DNA of 64,000 nucleotides from an uncultured Methanomicrobiales archaeon (GTDB lineage Archaea > Halobacteriota > Methanomicrobia > Methanomicrobiales > Methanospirillaceae): NCBI GenBank assembly GCA_963732285.1, contig CAVSYT010000006.1, positions 46,610-110,609 of the forward strand. Reading direction: 5' to 3'. Both the position numbers and the translations under genes were made by a program. The notes below the pieces were generated by a model, which saw only the letters and a list, made by a program, of their open reading frames with translations, made no database searches and was not told the origin of the DNA. Of the stretch, positions 22,116 to 33,912 are shown piece by piece (position 1 is the stretch's first letter; every line of letters begins with the position of its first letter).

Positions 22116-23785
22116 ATGGTGCGTGAACAGGAAATCAACCGGATTACTCAATTGCTTGCGGATAATCCTTCCGGCATGACCATCGAACAGGTATCCCGCC
22201 AGCTTGCAATAAACCGGACTACTGCAGCAAAATACCTTAACTTTTTAATTGCATCCGGGAAAATTGAAAAACGCAATCTCGGGCCGGCAAAAATTTTCAC
22301 CCTGTCGCCCCGTATACCGCTTTCCCAATTCCTGAATCTCTGGCATGACGGAATCATTATTCTTGATGATAATCTCGTCATCCAGCAGGTGAACGATCCC
22401 TTACTGGCACTCCTGTCCCTGAACCGTGAAGATATTATTGGAGTACCTGTTGCCAAATCCCCTCTGGCAAAAATCTTTACGGATTCAGGAATGAACCTGC
22501 TGCTGAACGGGCGGTCAGGGTCAGGAGCAGGTACAGGTTGTTACGTTCATGATAGGGGATAAGGCACAGCCGTTCCGCATGAAGGTGTTACCCCTCGTCC
22601 TGGACCATGGGGAACAGGGACTTGGTATCATCCTCGAAAAAATGCCTTCCGGACCGGTTCCGGTACCCGTTGTCCTCAACTCAGGTTCTGTAAAAGAAAC
22701 CGCTCCTGAAAAGATTTCTGACAATGCAGAGTTCGAACGAAGGATATCTGAGTACCGGAAGATCGAAAAGGCACTTGTTGAATCGGAAGCAAAGTACCGG
22801 GCACTTGTTGAGAATATTACCTGAGGTTATCTTCACGCTCAATGATCAGGACATCATCACCTATGTCAGCCCGGCAATAAAGAACCTGACCGGAAATGAT
22901 CCGTCCGCGCTTCTTGGGCATTCCATCCAGGAATTTGTGTATAATGAAGACATAGTACCGTTCGAAAAAGGTCTTGAACGGAACCGCCGGGGAATATTCG
23001 AGCCATATGAATTCCGCCTGCGAACCCTGAACCTGTCACTACGCTGGGTCCAGGTATCCGGAAAAACCCTGCCCGGCAAAGATGCCGGAACGGGATTTCA
23101 TGGAGTCATTGCCGATATCCATGAACGCAAACGCATGGAAGATGCACTGCGCCATGCAAACAAACAGATCATCCTCCTGACCAGCATCACCCGGCATGAT
23201 ATCCTTAATGGTATCACTAAGATGAGGTTATGTCTTGATCTGGCGAAAAATGAAACAATGGATGAAAAACTCCTCCACTTCTTCGAGCAACAGGAATCAA
23301 TCATTGCCTCCATTCAACACCAGATTACTTTTACCCGGGATTACCAGAATATTGGCATACGCCCGCCCCGGTGGAAGAACATTGCAGACAGTTTCCATGC
23401 CGCTGTAGCAACGGTCCCTCTGGGAAAAATAGCAGTTTCCGTTGATATCAAAAACATACAGATCTTTGCGGATAATTTAATTGAACGGGTATTTGCAAAC
23501 CTGATTGAAAATACTCTTGAGCATGGCGTTAAGACAACAACGATCCGGTTCTTTTCCGAACCGCATGGAAAGGATCTGGTCCTTGTCTATGAAGATGATG
23601 GCATTGGTATACCCGCTGATGAAAAAGATCTGGTGTTTGAGCATACCCGGAAAGGACGCATCAGTTACGGGTTGTTTTTCTCCCGGGAAGTGCTCGCGAT
23701 AACGGGTCTCTCCATTAAAGAGACCGGAGAAGCCGGTAAAGGCGTCCGTTTTGAAATCCTTGCACATGAGGGATTGTTCAGGTAA
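22116..23785 (+). CDS. HTH-PAS-PAS histidine kinase (frameshifts near 22525 and 22820)
   Basis: N-terminal HTH GMTIEQVSRQLAINRTTAAKYL, PAS, ITRHDILN, DDGIG. Confidence 0.8.
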
Positions 23786-23877
23786 TATCAGGATGGTGAT
23801 CAGATGTACCAGGGAAATAATGTATTATCATATTCGGCATGGCTGGAGAATCAGACCGGCCTGGAGGAGTTCTGATA

Positions 23878-24348
23878 ATGGCATATGCAGGAGAAATTCT
23901 GGAATTTACGCTGGGTAACGAGCACTATGCAATCGATATCACTCCCGTACGTGAAATAGTTGAAATGACACCAATCACTGTTATTCCCCGTACACCTGAA
24001 CACATAACCGGGGTGATCAATCTTCGTGGTGAGATCATCAATATCCTGAACCTCAATACATTCCTTAAGTTACCCAATCAGCCGATATCAGCATCACAGA
24101 AGATTATTGTATTTATGGCTGAAGCAGCAAAAGGCAACAATGTGGGCGTCATTGTCGATAATGTCAGCAGTGTAACTGAAATTTCAGCAGCACAGGTTGA
24201 TACGATGATGGAAGGATTTGCCGGGAATGAATCAAAATATATCAAGGGTATCATTACCACCGGAACTGTTGGTGGAGAAAAAGAGGCACGGGGATTGATC
24301 ATCTGGCTTGACATCCAGAAGATGTTTAATGATATAGAAAATGCGTAG
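23878..24348 (+). CDS. cheW: Chemotaxis adaptor CheW (second)
   Basis: LEFTLG..YAID..VREI, GVINLRGEI, GVIVDNV; start 23878 or 23839. Confidence 0.9.
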   Translation: MAYAGEILEFTLGNEHYAIDITPVREIVEMTPITVIPRTPEHITGVINLRGEIINILNLNTFLKLPNQPISASQKIIVFMAEAAKGNNVGVIVDNVSSVTEISAAQVDTMMEGFAGNESKYIKGIITTGTVGGEKEARGLIIWLDIQKMFNDIENA

Positions 24349-24369
24349 TATTCTTAGGAAATACTTTTT

Positions 24370-25200
24370 ATGGAAGATTCCGCGACTGAATTCAACCTCC
24401 TGAAGCGATATGTCGAGCAGTTGCTCAGGATCCAGTGTTCAAATTATAAGGAGGATTATATCAAAAGACGTTTTTTATCCCGTATGCGTTCAACGAATTC
24501 CACAACATATGCGGATTATCTCAGGTATCTCAAAACACATCCTGCGGAAAATGAACCTTTACGCAATGCCCTCACGATCAATGTGACTGAATTTTTCCGT
24601 GACAAAGAGGTTTTTGACGAGATTAAGAATACCGTTCTGCCTGCAATCTTCCAGCAGAGAAAACGCGTCTCTATCTGGTGTGCCGGTAGTTCAACAGGTG
24701 AAGAACCCTATTCCCTTGCCATTATTCTCTACGATATACTTTCCCGTCATAAGGATTTGTCCGGCACGATCATTGCAACTGATATCGATGAAGTGGTGCT
24801 TGCAAAGGCAAAAGCAGGAATTTTTGAAGAGAAATCCATATCGAAACTGAGCACCCTGCAGGTTCAGCGTCATTTTACCAAACGGCCGGATGGCACGTAT
24901 GAAGCAAAGCAGCACTTAAAAGATCTGCTCCGTTTCCGCCCCCATGACCTGATGAGCGGTGCCCCCCCGGCACGGTATGTGGACCTTATCACCTGCCGTA
25001 ATGTCACGATCTATTTCAACGAGAAACAGAAGGATGATCTTGCCCATATGTTTCATTCAGCCCTCATCACTGGCGGGTATTACATCATGGGAAAGACGGA
25101 ATATCTGGGTCGGGCTGTAGACGATCTGTTTGTTCCAAAAAACACCGCCCAGAAAATTTTTATAAAAAAGGAAAAACCAGCGTCCTTAAGAACCGGTTAA
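24370..25200 (+). CDS. cheR: Chemotaxis methyltransferase CheR
   Basis: TINVTEFFRD, WCAGSSTGEEPYS, ATDID, CRNVTIYF. Confidence 0.93.
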   Translation: MEDSATEFNLLKRYVEQLLRIQCSNYKEDYIKRRFLSRMRSTNSTTYADYLRYLKTHPAENEPLRNALTINVTEFFRDKEVFDEIKNTVLPAIFQQRKRVSIWCAGSSTGEEPYSLAIILYDILSRHKDLSGTIIATDIDEVVLAKAKAGIFEEKSISKLSTLQVQRHFTKRPDGTYEAKQHLKDLLRFRPHDLMSGAPPARYVDLITCRNVTIYFNEKQKDDLAHMFHSALITGGYYIMGKTEYLGRAVDDLFVPKNTAQKIFIKKEKPASLRTG

Positions 25201-25463
25201 TGCTTTGGGCGTTCATCCACGTCCAATTTTTCCCCACGGACAAAATCCTTGGTCAGATCACGCTGGATCTGCCTTCGGGTAGCAAGCTGTTTGATCTGGG
25301 TAAAAACAACATAGAAATTTGCTCCGACGATTATAATGACGAGCATCAGGCTCACCCAGAGCATTACGCCTGCTGCAGAGAGAAACGCAGCCCAGAGAAG
25401 AACAACAAACGAGATCAGGTAGAAAAAAATCCACATCTGAATCCCCGGCAGCTCCATACTCAT
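25197..25463 (-). CDS. Small two-TM membrane protein
   Basis: Two hydrophobic segments and charged tail; AAGGA before ATG. Confidence 0.55.
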   Translation of the reverse strand: MSMELPGIQMWIFFYLISFVVLLWAAFLSAAGVMLWVSLMLVIIIVGANFYVVFTQIKQLATRRQIQRDLTKDFVRGEKLDVDERPKH

Positions 25464-25620
25464 CCTTTATTCCCCGATTGGATAAAAAATATCTGTGAGT
25501 TACATTGAAGTCCCGTAACAAAAACGGTACTAACAAGTAACCTTTACCCGCAGCCGGCGCTGGTTATTTTTACCGGTAAATATCGCCATCGTTTTTATAG
25601 AGTATCTCATAGTACAGTGT

Positions 25621-26262
25621 GTGGAAAAAGGCGATATTCTCACTCTTGTCGCGGGTCTTATCATAGTTCTGGCAGTCGCAGTTATTGCAAATCCCCAGAA
25701 CCTTGCCTTCATTACGGGCGCCGGTCAGACGACGCCTCCTGCCACCATCCCGGTTACGACCATTTCAAACCCGACAATGGCCCCTTCGATTTCTGTTATC
25801 CCCACACCCACTCCGGTACCCCCCGATGCACCCCCGTATCGGATTTACTATACGGACAAACCTTTCCAGTACCCGGTCTTCAAACTTCCCGATAATATGG
25901 AAACGTTCGGGGCATCGGATATCGTATCGCGGAGCCAGGAGCGGGTTCCTTTCGCATTTGTCGAAGGAAACCGGGGAGGTCTGACTCAGGAATTTTCTGT
26001 ACCGTATCCCGTCTGGATTATCAACACCACGGTTATAGCAAACAGGACTCCTCAGTATGGCAAATTCCAGATGGCGCTCTGCTATGCAGAAAATGGTGCA
26101 ATCATCGAAGGAGAAGAGATCCTGAACCGGGGGAGTTCATACCGGATTGTCCAGACATCCAATACCGAGATGTACATGATCGTCAGCACTGCATACATCG
26201 ATAGTTATTATATCAGTCTCGAAGCCCCCCGGGAATACTATGATAAGTATCGCCCACGGTAA
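25621..26262 (+). CDS. Membrane-anchored hypothetical protein with Pro/Thr linker
   Basis: N-terminal TM, P/T-rich linker, globular C-terminus. Confidence 0.65.
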   Translation: MEKGDILTLVAGLIIVLAVAVIANPQNLAFITGAGQTTPPATIPVTTISNPTMAPSISVIPTPTPVPPDAPPYRIYYTDKPFQYPVFKLPDNMETFGASDIVSRSQERVPFAFVEGNRGGLTQEFSVPYPVWIINTTVIANRTPQYGKFQMALCYAENGAIIEGEEILNRGSSYRIVQTSNTEMYMIVSTAYIDSYYISLEAPREYYDKYRPR

Positions 26263-26582
26263 TCCCTTATAACACCGGTATTGTTCTGGCTCCCGGAAAT
26301 GATCCCGTGATTCGATGAGATGCCCGTTTCGGGGAGAAAATATCCGGTCTGATTAATGATTTTCTCCCATGAAACAGCCATACTTTTAATACCTAGCCAT
26401 AACGATTGAGGTACAATCAGCATTTGCCTGATGAGAAAATTAGGGCATGATCCTGAAATACTGCACGGAACCCGTGCCTTATGGAATAGAATCCTTCACC
26501 GTATCGCTGAGGAGATGGAAATTGTTGATATTTCCTTAATGGGGAATGGGAAGATAATCTCCGGATTCCTCAAGGATGGTCC

Positions 26583-27536
26583 ATGATGTATACAATTACC
26601 CTGATATCAACAGATGAGAATGAGCGCCTGCAGGAACTTTATCTCCCCAAAGTCCTCTACGAGCTCAAATCCGAAATATACGGATGCTGTATCAAACTGC
26701 TTTCAAACGATCACACCATTAAGGAAATGTGGCAGGAGAATTTTTATCCGATGTCACAAAATATCCGGTCACACGGGCGGTTATTCATCTTCAAAGATCC
26801 GGCCTACAACCCGGACACGGTTTTTTTCGATCCGCATTCAAGGACAGGGTACCTGATCAACTTCAATTATTACGGCTGGGTAAAATCCATTGCCCTCAGT
26901 TTAGCCGGGGATATCCTCGAAGATGAACATAATATCTATTCTGTGCATGGCGCCTGTCTGGATATTGAAGGAAAAGGTCTTTGCCTTGTTGGTAATTCCG
27001 GCGCAGGAAAAACTACCCAGACCTATGGTCTGTTAAAAGATCCGCATAGCCGCATAGTATCGGATGACTGGTTCTTTTCACGCGTATATGGTCCGGATAT
27101 CCTTGCATATGGTTCAGAAAAAAATTTCTATATCCGAAAAGATCTGGCAACGGTCTGGAAGGAATACGACGGGCTTGTTCCCAAGGGTGATTATGATGCG
27201 GAAGGCAGGGCTGTTGCAGATCTCCGGTGGGTGATTGGTAAAGGCAGGATCCTTCCCATGACCACCCTGAAAATGATGATTATCCTCAAGCGGGATCCCA
27301 CGGATACCAGCGAGGCCCGGTCACTGCTTCCCGAAGAAGGTCTCAAACTGTTTGAAGAAAATAACTACTTCAACCCGCATTTAATCGTCAATAACCCCTA
27401 TAAAAAACATATACGGAAACGGTATATTACCAACCTGCTTGAACGGACTACCGTGTACGTTGTTAATACCACGACTCCCGCCCCGGTAACCCAGAGACTG
27501 ATCCGGTCACTGGCAAATGTTCCCCAGGGTCCCTGA
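26583..27536 (+). CDS. HPr kinase/PEPCK-like P-loop protein
   Basis: VHGAC...GNSGAGKTT...IVSDDW arrangement typical of the HPrK/PEPCK nucleotide-binding fold. Confidence 0.7.
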   Translation: MMYTITLISTDENERLQELYLPKVLYELKSEIYGCCIKLLSNDHTIKEMWQENFYPMSQNIRSHGRLFIFKDPAYNPDTVFFDPHSRTGYLINFNYYGWVKSIALSLAGDILEDEHNIYSVHGACLDIEGKGLCLVGNSGAGKTTQTYGLLKDPHSRIVSDDWFFSRVYGPDILAYGSEKNFYIRKDLATVWKEYDGLVPKGDYDAEGRAVADLRWVIGKGRILPMTTLKMMIILKRDPTDTSEARSLLPEEGLKLFEENNYFNPHLIVNNPYKKHIRKRYITNLLERTTVYVVNTTTPAPVTQRLIRSLANVPQGP

Positions 27537-27723
27537 ATCAGCAATCCCTGTCACAGGTTCAACCGTATAGGGGCAGACTCGATTGTACTTGCTGCAAAGC
27601 AAGTGCCACACTTACATTCGGGCATTATTATATAACCGATCATTTCATATTGCACACCAACGGGAAACTCTTGTGCTGTCCCGACATGTGGCAGGCATGT
27701 GCAGTCAGACCCGGGGGGTAATC

Positions 27724-30501
27724 ATGAGTAAAAAATGGGTGTTTGCTTTCAATGAAGGTGATGGCAGGAACAAGAAACTTCTCGGTGGCAAGGGTGCCAA
27801 CCTGTGCGAGATGACCCAGATCGGTCTCCGGGTTCCTCCCGGTTTTGTTATCACAACGGAAGCATGTCTTGCGGTGGTAAATGATCCCAAAAAAGAACTC
27901 CCGCAGGGAATGATGGAACAGGTGCATACGCATCTTGCAGAAGTGGAACGCACAAGCAACCGTGTCTTTGGCGGGAGAAATAACCCTCTCCTGATCTCGG
28001 TTCGCTCGGGTTCTGCCATGTCCATGCCGGGGATGATGGACACCATCCTCAACCTTGGTCTCAATGCAGAGACTCTCCAGGGTCTCATCGCCCAGACAGG
28101 AAACACACGGTTCTGTTACGATGCGTACCGGCGCTTCATCCAGTTGTTCGGGAAGGTCGCCTTAGGTGTACCGGAAGCGGACTTTGATGCAGAGTTTGAG
28201 GCAATAAAGCAAAAGGCCGGGGCAAAGCATGATGTGGATCTCTCCGCTAATGATCTTGCCGAAATATCAGAACGTTTCCTTTCCGTTGTCCGGCGCAGCA
28301 CCGGTAAACCCTTTCCTTCTGATCCCCGCGAACAACTCGAGATCGCTATCCGGGCGGTATTCAATTCATGGAGCGGGAAACGTGCTGTTGACTACCGGCG
28401 GGAATTCAGGATAACGCCCGAAATGGCCAATGGTACTGCGGTAAATGTCATGCAGATGGTCTTTGGCAACATGGGCAATGATTCTGCTACCGGCGTTGGT
28501 TTCACCCGCGATCCCGGCACGGGTGAGAATGTCATGTTCGGGGAGTATCTCGTAAATGCACAGGGAGAGGATGTCGTAGCCGGTATCCGCACGCCAAAGC
28601 CGGTTGCTGCCATGGAAGAAGAGATGCCGGGCCTGTATGGTGAATTGCAGGACCTGCGCAATAAGCTCGAAGCGCACTATAAGGAAGTCCAGGACTTTGA
28701 ATTTACCATTGAAAAGGGCACGCTCTACTGCCTCCAGACACGCAATGGCAAGATGAATGCCCATGCCCTTGTCCGCACATCGGTAGAGATGGTCAGGGAC
28801 AGGCTTATCGATAAACGCCAGGCACTCCTCCGCATCCAGCCGGAGATGCTGGAACAGATGCTTTTCCCGCGACTGGACCCGAAGGTAACAAAAAAGCCCA
28901 TCGCAAAAGGGTTACCTGCATCCCCGGGAGTTGCTGTCGGTGTTGCGGTGTTCGATGCAGACCGTGCCGAAAAACTGGGACGGACCGGTGAGAAGGGTGA
29001 TTCTTGTCCGGGAAGAGACCAAGCCTGAAGATATTCACGGTTTCTTTGCATCGCAGGGAATCCTGACGAGCCGGGGTGGTAAGACTTCTCATGCCGCCGT
29101 AGTTGCACGGGGCATGGGTAAACCCTGTGTATCCGGTGCCGAAGGTATTCACATAAATGTCCGCATGCGTCACGCGAGAGCGGGCGATCAGGAATTCGGT
29201 GAAGGGGCATTGATCACGATCGACGGCACAACCGGAGCAGTCTATCTAGGCGAGGTTGCGATGATCGAGGCGGAGTTCTCGGAGGAACTTGCAGTCCTGC
29301 TGGAAATGGCTGATGGTATGGCGAGGCTCAGGGTGATGGCCAACGCAGACACTCCGCTTGATGCGGAACGTGCGCTGAAGTTCGGCGCCATGGGTATTGG
29401 CCTGTGCCGCACCGAGCGCATGTTCAACGGCACAGAACGCCTCCCTGTCATGATAGAGATGATTGTTGCCGAGACACAGGCAGACTCGCCAGGTTGCGCT
29501 GGACAAATTACTCCCTATCCAGCGTGAAGATTTCAAGGCGATCTTCAGGGTCATGTCCCCCCTGCCGGTGACCGTCCGCCTGCTTGATCCTCCTATCCAT
29601 GAATTCCTGCCCTCAGAGTACCTGCTGGTCGAAGACCTTGAACATCTCCATCACCTGCGCGAGATCCTGCGGGGCATGCAGGTGCTGTCAGATGCGGTGA
29701 CTTTTATGAACCAGACACAGGAGATCCAGTCCCTTGTGCAGCAATTCACCGACCCGGTGCTGGTGGACCAGGCGATCGCAAAAAAGGAGGCAATCTTGCG
29801 GAAAGTCCGTGCCCTGCACGAGGTCAACCCGATGCTTGGCCATCGCGGGGTCCGGCTCGGTCTTACCTTCCCGGAAGATCTATACCATGCAGATCCGGGC
29901 AATTCTCGAAGCTGCAGCTGAGTGCCAGAAAGCGGGTATCGTGGTACATCCCGAGATCATGGTCCCCAGGTCTGTACGGCACAGGAACTCGTGCGGGTAA
30001 AAGTGTGGGTTGACGAAATCCGTTCATCAGTCGAAGCCGCTCACAACGTGAAACTGAATTTCATGTTCGGGTCCATGCTCGAAGTGGTCCGTGCCTGCAT
30101 GCGGGCAGATAACCTTGCAGAAATGGCGGAGTTCTTCTCCTTTGGAACAAATGACCTTACGCAGGCAACCTTCTCCTTCTCGCGCGAAGATGCCGAGAAC
30201 AAGTTCCTTCCCATGTACAACCAGAGCGGCATCCTGCAGGACAACCCGTTTGAGGTGCTGGATGTCAAAGGTGTTGGCCGCCTCATGGAATCGGCGGTGA
30301 AGTGGGGGCGCCATACCCGTCCAAATATGAAAGTAGGCATTTGTGGAGAGCACGGCGGGCACCCTGCCTCCATCCGTTTCTGCCACAAGATTGGGCTGAC
30401 GCTACGTGTCCTGTTCCGGCCCCCGTATCCCGATTGCCCGGCTGGCAGCTGCCCAGGCTGCTATCCTGGAAGGGGAAAAGATGGCTGACAAGGCGGTATG
30501 A
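27724..30501 (+). CDS. ppdK: Pyruvate,phosphate dikinase copy 1 (several frameshifts)
   Basis: [68 protein letters not shown]. Confidence 0.93.
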
Positions 30502-30793
30502 AGGGAGACTCTCTTTTTTGCCCCCTCCTCGAACGAACCCATCGTCAATACAGAACCTTTTTTTTGTCACGGTGCCAATTTTTTCACTGGATTGTAAAAA
30601 AGTGCTGGACGCCTTTCGCGCTCACCGGTTCTTCAGGTATGATGTGATAATTGCGTTCACGAGCAGAAGAGATCAAGGAATTCGTCTTTTCTTTTTTCTC
30701 GTATCCTGCATTTACGTCAGTCGACCCGGATCACCCTGATTCGCGATCCTGAAAATACGGTGGCCCGGTGCAGAATTTTAAAATGAGGGAATC

Positions 30794-33573
30794 ATGAACA
30801 GGAAATGGGTATATGCTTTCACAGAAGGCGATGGCAAGAACAAAAAGCTGCTGGGCGGCAAGGGCGCAAACCTTTGCGAGATGACACAGATCAGGCTTAA
30901 AGTGCCGCCGGGTTTTGTTATCACTACCGAGGCCTGTCTTGCCTGCCTGGATAATCCGAAAAAAGAACTCCCCCCGGGCATGATGGACCAGGTTCACGCT
31001 AATCTTGCTGAGGTGGAACGCACGAGCAACCGTGTCTTTGGCGGGCGTGAAAACCCCCTGCTGATATCGGTACGTTCAGGTTCTGCCATTTCCATGCCGG
31101 GCATGATGGATACCATCCTCAATCTCGGTCTCAATGCAGAGACCCTTCAGGGCCTGATCGCCCAGACCGGGAATGAACGATTCTGTTATGATGCCTATCG
31201 CCGTTTTATCCAGCTCTTCGGCAAGGTTGCCCTTGGCGTTCCGGACGCGGAATTCGATGCTGAGTTCGAAGCAATCAAACAAAAAGCCGGTGCCCGGCAT
31301 GACGTTGATCTCTCCTCCCATGACCTTGCTGAGATTTCGGAACGGTTTTTAAAGGTCGTTCACCGCATTACCGGCAAACCATTCCCCGCTGCACCCCATG
31401 AACAGCTGGAGATTGCCATCAGGGCAGTATTCAATTCATGGAGTGGACGGCGTGCGGTAGATTACCGCAGGGAATTTAAGATTACGCCCGATATGGCCAA
31501 CGGCACTGCAGTAACCGTGATGCAGATGGTTTTTGGCAACATGGGAAACGATTCTGCCACCGGCGTTGGTTTCACCCGGGATCCCGGTACAGGAGAAAAT
31601 GTCATATTCGGCGAATACCTGGTAAATGCGCAGGGCGAGGATGTTGTTGCCGGTATCCGAACGCCAAAGCCGCTTGCTGCAATGGCCGAAGAGATGCCGG
31701 ACATTTACCAGGAACTGCAGGTGCTGCATAAAATACTTGAATCTCACTACAAGGAAGTTCAGGATTTCGAATTCACGATAGAAAAAGGCATACTCTTTCT
31801 TTTACAGACGAGAAACGGCAAGATGAACGCTTCTGCCCTTGTACGGACCTCGGTAGAGATGGTCAATGAAGGACTCATCACAAAATCCCAGGCCCTACTT
31901 CGTATCCAGCCGGATATGCTTGACCAGATGCTCTTTCCCCGTCTTGACCCGCGGGTTACTGAAAAGCCCATTGCAAAAGGGCTTCCCGCATCTCCCGGGA
32001 GTAGCAGTGGGCATTGCTGTCTTCGATGCCGATCGGGCTGAGCAGAGGGGGCGGACTGGTGAACGCGTGATTCTCGTGCGTGAAGAGACCAAACCCGAAG
32101 ATATTCACGGCTTCTTTGCCTCGCAGGGAATCCTGACAAGCCGTGGGGGCAAGACTTCCCATGCCGCCGTTGTAGCACGGGGTATGGGAAAACCCTGCGT
32201 CTCCGGGTGCCGAGGGAATTCATGTCGATGTCCGCCTGCGGCAGGCCCGGGCGGGAGACCAGGAATTTGGTGAGGGTGCGTTGATCACGATTGATGGCAC
32301 TACCGGTGCAGTCTATCTCGGTGAGGTTGCCATGATAGAGGCAGAATTCTCACCAGAACTCAACATTCTCCTTTCATGGGCGGATGAAGTGGCCCGTCTC
32401 GGTGTCATGGCCAATGCTGACACGCCGGATGACGCGGAAAGGGCGGTAAAGTTTGGTGCTGTGGGTATTGGCCTGTGCCGGTACCGAGCGCATGTTCAAT
32501 GGTGCCGAGCGCCTGCCCATCATGGTTGAGATGATTGTTGCTGAGACAAAGGCGGTTCGCCAGGCAGCTCTCGAGCAAGCTGCTGCCGATACAGCGCGAT
32601 GACTTCATCAGCATCTTCAAGGTGATGGCTCCCCGCCCGGTTACTGTCCGCCTATTAGACCCCCCGATTCACGAGTTCCTTCCCACAGAAAATCTTCTTG
32701 TAGACGATATCGTGCATCTCCGCAACCTGCGCGAGGTTCTGCGGGGCATGCAGGTTCTTTCGGATGCAGTCACGTTCATGAACCATACCCGGGACTTCAA
32801 AACCCCAGGTGCAGAAGTTCACTGACCCGGTGCTGGTTGATGAAGCGATTGCGAAAAAGGAGGCGATCTTACGGAAAGTCCGCGACCTTCACGAGGTCAA
32901 TCCCATGCTCGGCCACCGGGGTGTACGGCTCGGCCTTACCTTCCCGGAAATCTATACCATGCAGATCCGGGCCATTTTAGAAGCGGCAGCAGAATGCCAG
33001 AAAGCCGGTATCGAGATTCACCCGGAGATCATGGTACCCCAGGTCTGCACATCGCAGGAACTCAAGCGGGTAAAAGTGTGGGTGGATGAGATCCGGAAGG
33101 ATGTGGAATCTGCCTATAAGGTAAAACTCAATTTCAGGTTCGGTTCCATGCTCGAAGTAGTCCGAGCCTGCATGCGGGCAGACAATCTTGCAGAAGAAGC
33201 GGAGTTCTTCTCGTTCGGGACAAACGACCTGACCCAGGCAACCTTCTCCTTCTCGCGGGAAGATGCTGAGAATAAATTCCTGCCCATGTATAACCAGAGC
33301 GGCATCCTGCAGGATAACCCGTTTGAAGTGCTGGATGTCAAAGGTGTGGGGCGCCTCATGGAACAGGCAGTCAAATGGGGGCGGCACACCCGTCCGGATA
33401 TGAAGATGGGCATCTGCGGTGAACACGGTGGCCACCCTGCTTCAATTATGTTCTGCCACCGGATTGGCCTGACCTATGTATCCTGCTCCGGACCCCGTAT
33501 CCCCATTGCCCGGCTGGCGGCAGCACAGGCAGCGATCCTTGATGGCGATGCTATGGTGGATAAGGCAGCCTGA
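30794..33573 (+). CDS. ppdK: Pyruvate,phosphate dikinase copy 2 (several frameshifts)
   Basis: Same motifs as copy 1, diverged at many synonymous sites. Confidence 0.93.
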
Positions 33574-33912
33574 CCGGGATTTCTTCAACTCTTTGTTTTT
33601 AAAATTCCCGGAACATATTATTTTTTTCAAGGGTAACGTTTCAAAAAACCTGGTTTCTTTAAATTCGTGTAACGTAAACTCTGATAAATTACGTTATCTC
33701 ACAGACTATGAAATAAAGTGACTGTTATTGACAGGTATGTACTTTCCTCGCGTGACTGTTTTTTCAAAATTGTCCTGTAGTTCTGTGGGGTCGCCACAAC
33801 GGCGGGGGAGGGGTCATGCCAAAGTACCCCCAATATGCGTGAAAAATATTTGCCCGCGGTTGAATTATGAAAGATTTTACGTTAAAAAAGAGGTAAAATT
33901 ACCCTTTAGCCA

